Assembly (NCBI RefSeq): GCF_963921235.1
Contig: NC_086097.1
Location: 104,162,001-104,226,000 of the forward strand
Length of the DNA: 64,000 nucleotides
Source of the DNA: Mobula hypostoma
Taxonomy: Eukaryota
Reading direction: 5' to 3'
The position numbers and the translations under genes are program-made. Below the pieces are notes generated by a model, which saw only the letters and a program-made list of their open reading frames with translations, was not told the DNA's origin and searched no databases. Shown here piece by piece: positions 60,570 to 64,000 of this stretch (position 1 is the first letter of the stretch; the number at the start of each line of letters is the position of its first letter).

Positions 60570-63495
60570 AAGACCATAAGACACAAGAGCAGAATTAGGC
60601 CATTCAGCCCATTGAGTCTGCTCTGCCATTCCATCATGGCTGATTCCACACCCACTCAACTCCATACACCTGCCCTTTCGCCATATCCTTTGATGCCCTG
60701 ACCGATCGGATAATGATCGACTTCCGCCTTAAATATAACCACGGACTTGGCCTCCACTACATTCGGCAGATTTACTGCTCTCTAGTTAAAAAGAAATCTT
60801 CCATACCTATGTTCTAAAAAGTTGCCCCTCAGTTTTGAAGCTGTACCCTCTAGTACTGAATACCCCCACCATAAAAAACATTCCTCTCTCCACATCCACC
60901 CTATCTAGTCCTTTCAACATTCGGTAGGTTTCAATGAGATCCCCTTCTCACCCCAACCACACCCCTCCCCCGCATTCTTTTAAATTCCAGCGAGTATAGG
61001 CCCAAAGCTGTCAAACGCTCCTCATGTGTTAACCCCTTCATTGCCTCGTGGTCCTCCTCTGGACTCTCTCCACATTCTTTCTGAGATACAGGGCCCAAAA
61101 CTGTTGACAATACTCCAAATATGGCCTGACCAGTGTCTTATAAGGGCTCAGAATTATCTCCTTGTTTTTATATTTTATTCCCATTTTAAATAAATACCAA
61201 CATTGCATAGACACAGACTCTTTACCACAGACTCAACCTGTAAATTAACCTTCTGGGAGTCTTGCATGAGGACTCCTAAGTCCCACTGTATCTCAATGTT
61301 TGAACCATCTCCAATTTAGATAATAGTTCGCACTATTGTTCCTTTTGCCAGAGTGCATTATTGTACATTTCCCAACATTGTATTCCATCTGCCACTTTTT
61401 GCCCATTCTACCAATTTGTCTAAGTCCTGCTGTAATCACATTACTTTCTCAGCACTACCTACCCCTCTACCTATCTTCATATCACTCTCAAACTTCGCCA
61501 CAAAGCCATCAATTTCATTACCTAAATCAGAGACAAACAATGTGAAAGGCAGTGATCCCAATACTGACCCCTGAGGAACCCCACTGGTCACTGGCAGCTA
61601 ACCAGAAAAGGCTCCTTTTATTCCCATTCGCTGCCTATGCCTGTCAGCCATTCTGCTATCCATGCCTGTGTCTTTCCTGTAATGTGAAAGGATTTTATCT
61701 TGTTAAGCAGCCACATGATTTACAAATCCAAGTAAATGACATCATCTGCCTCTCCTTTGTCCACCTACTTGTTACTTCCTCAAAGGACACTAACATATTT
61801 GTCAGGTTGACTTATTTTATCATTAGTCTCCAAGAACCTTGAGCCCTCATCCTTAATAATAGACTCCCAACATTTTACCAACCACTGAGGTTAGGCTAAC
61901 TGGTCTATAATTTCCTTTATTTTGCATTCCTCTCTTTTTAAAGAGTGGAGTGACATTTGAAATTTTTCAGTCCTCTGGGACAATGTCAGAATCAAGTGAT
62001 TCTTCAGAGATCATGACCAATGCATCCATTATCTCCTCAGCAACCTGTCTCAGGACTCCGGGATTTAGATAATCTGGTCCAGGTGACTTATCACCTTGAG
62101 ACCTTTGAGTTTGCCTAGCACTTTTTCCTTTGTAATAACAATGGCACTCACGCCTGCTCACTGACCTCTGGCACATTGCTAGTGTCTTCCACATTGAAGA
62201 CTGATTCAATGTACCCATTATTCATTTGCCATTTCTTTGTCCCCATTACTACCTTACCATCATAATTTTCCAGTGATCCAATATCAACTCTCACACTTTT
62301 TTACTCTTTATATAACTGAAAAAACTTTTGGTATCCTGCTTCATATTATTGGCTAGTCTGCCCTCATATTTAATCTTTTCCCTTCTTATTGCTTTTTTAG
62401 TTATCTTTTGTTGGATCTTAAGTTGCCAATCATCCAACTTCCCAATCACTCTTGCTACCTTGTATGAACTTTCCTTGGCTTTTATGCAGTCAACTTCCCT
62501 TGTCAGCCATGGTTGCCTTCCCTACCATTTGAGAACTTCTTCCTCTGTGGGACATATCTATTCCCAGATATGTGAACTATTCCCAGAAACTTGGCCGGCT
62601 TTGCTCTGCTATCATCCCTGCCAATATCATCCTCCAATGCACCTGGGCAAACTCTTCTCTCATGCCTCTGTAAATCCCCTTATTCCATTGTAATACTGAT
62701 GCATGTGATATATGCTTCTCCCTCTCAAACTACAGTATGAACTCAATCATATTATGGATCATTGCCTCCTGAGGGTTCCTTTACGTTAAGCTCTGTAATG
62801 AGATCTGAGTTATTACACAACACCCAATCTAAGATAGTCTTTCTTCGAGTCGGCTGAAGTACAAGCTGCTCTGAAAAGCCATCTCATAGGCGTTCAACAA
62901 AGTCCCTCTTTTGCGATCCGTCACCAACCTGATTTTTCGCAATCCCCTTGCATATTGAAATCCCCCTTACAATTGTGTCATTACCCTTATTACAGGCCCT
63001 TTCCAGGTCCCTTTGCAATCTTAACCTCACATCTTGGCTACTGGTTGGAGGTTTCTTAACTCCACCCAGAAAGACACAACTTTCTCTGACCCTATGTCAC
63101 CTCTTTCTAAGTTGTAATTCCTTCTCTTACAAACAGAGCAACACCACCGCCTATGTCTTCCTGCCTATCTTTTAATACAAAGTATATCCTTTGATGTTAA
63201 GCTCCCGACTATGGCCTTCTTTCAGCCACAACTCGGTGATGCCCACAATGCCATACCGACCAATCTCTATTTGCGCCATGAGTTCGTCCACCTTATTCCG
63301 AATGCTACGTGCATTTAATTACAACACCTTCAGTCCTGCATTCTTCGCCCTTTTGAATTTTGCCTTTGTGGTACGACTTAGCTCTTTACTCTGTCTGCAA
63401 TTGTACACAATCATTGGCTTGTCCTTCCTTACATTCATGTTACATCCATCATCAGCTTGTAAACCTGCTGGCTCATCCTCAGCTCTATCATCCTC
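60570..63495 (-). mobile_element. Degenerate CR1 LINE (ORF2)
   Basis: DKSPGPDYLNPGVLRQVAEEI and LKVLxLNARSIRNKVDEL remnants; CATAAGA tail. Confidence 0.85.
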
Positions 63496-64000
63496 TAATT
63501 CACCTGTTATTCCTCTAAACTCCAGCAGAGCCTCCTTCCTAAGAATCTTTTGGGCGTGCAGTTGCCTCATCCCTGCCACAAACTTATCTTCCTCTAAATA
63601 GAGAGGCCCAACTTGTACAACTAATTGCAACAAGGTGGTAGACAAGGAAAAAGTCAAAATTTCATTTGCCATCCAAGTTACTTGCTGAACCAGCATGTTA
63701 ACTTTAGAGATTCATGTCCAAAGTCATGCAGGTGCCTTGCTTTTGTTTATGTAAGGTGAATACTTTAATTTCCCACGTTATATTCCATCTGCTATACCCT
63801 TTGGCCTATCTATATCCTGCAGGAGCCCCACTGGATCCTCATCACCCATGGCCAGCTAGTCTTCTGAAAATTGATGTATTAAGTATCACCCTATTATCCA
63901 AATCATTAATATCTGTGACATCTCACTGGTCACATGCTTCCAATCTGAAAGAAACTTGTTAAGAATGTATGGTGGGACAGGGCAATGAATATTAAAATTG

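Overview
This is eukaryotic, repeat-saturated genomic DNA. The repeat mix suggests a cartilaginous fish such as a ray, but that is inference. I could not confidently identify any host protein-coding gene, RNA gene or CRISPR array. The window is mostly nested transposable elements: many CR1 LINEs (two young copies with open RT frames), Rex1/Babar and RTE LINEs, Tc1, Tigger and hAT DNA transposons, and a V-SINE. Highlights: (1) Penelope-like elements carrying minimal hammerhead ribozymes, including tiny fold-back insertions with 14-16 bp target-site duplications (TSDs). (2) A near-intact, young, GC-rich CsRN1-type Gypsy provirus at 33702-37902. (3) A non-autonomous Helitron with an STPR-like repeat ORF at 21626-22786. 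(4) Two hAT copies carrying the same captured CR1 3' end. (5) Tigger derivatives with rearranged termini. (6) A fossil Mag-type Gypsy split over about 5.8 kb. Boundaries of degenerate LINEs are approximate, and family assignments come from motif recognition, not database searches.
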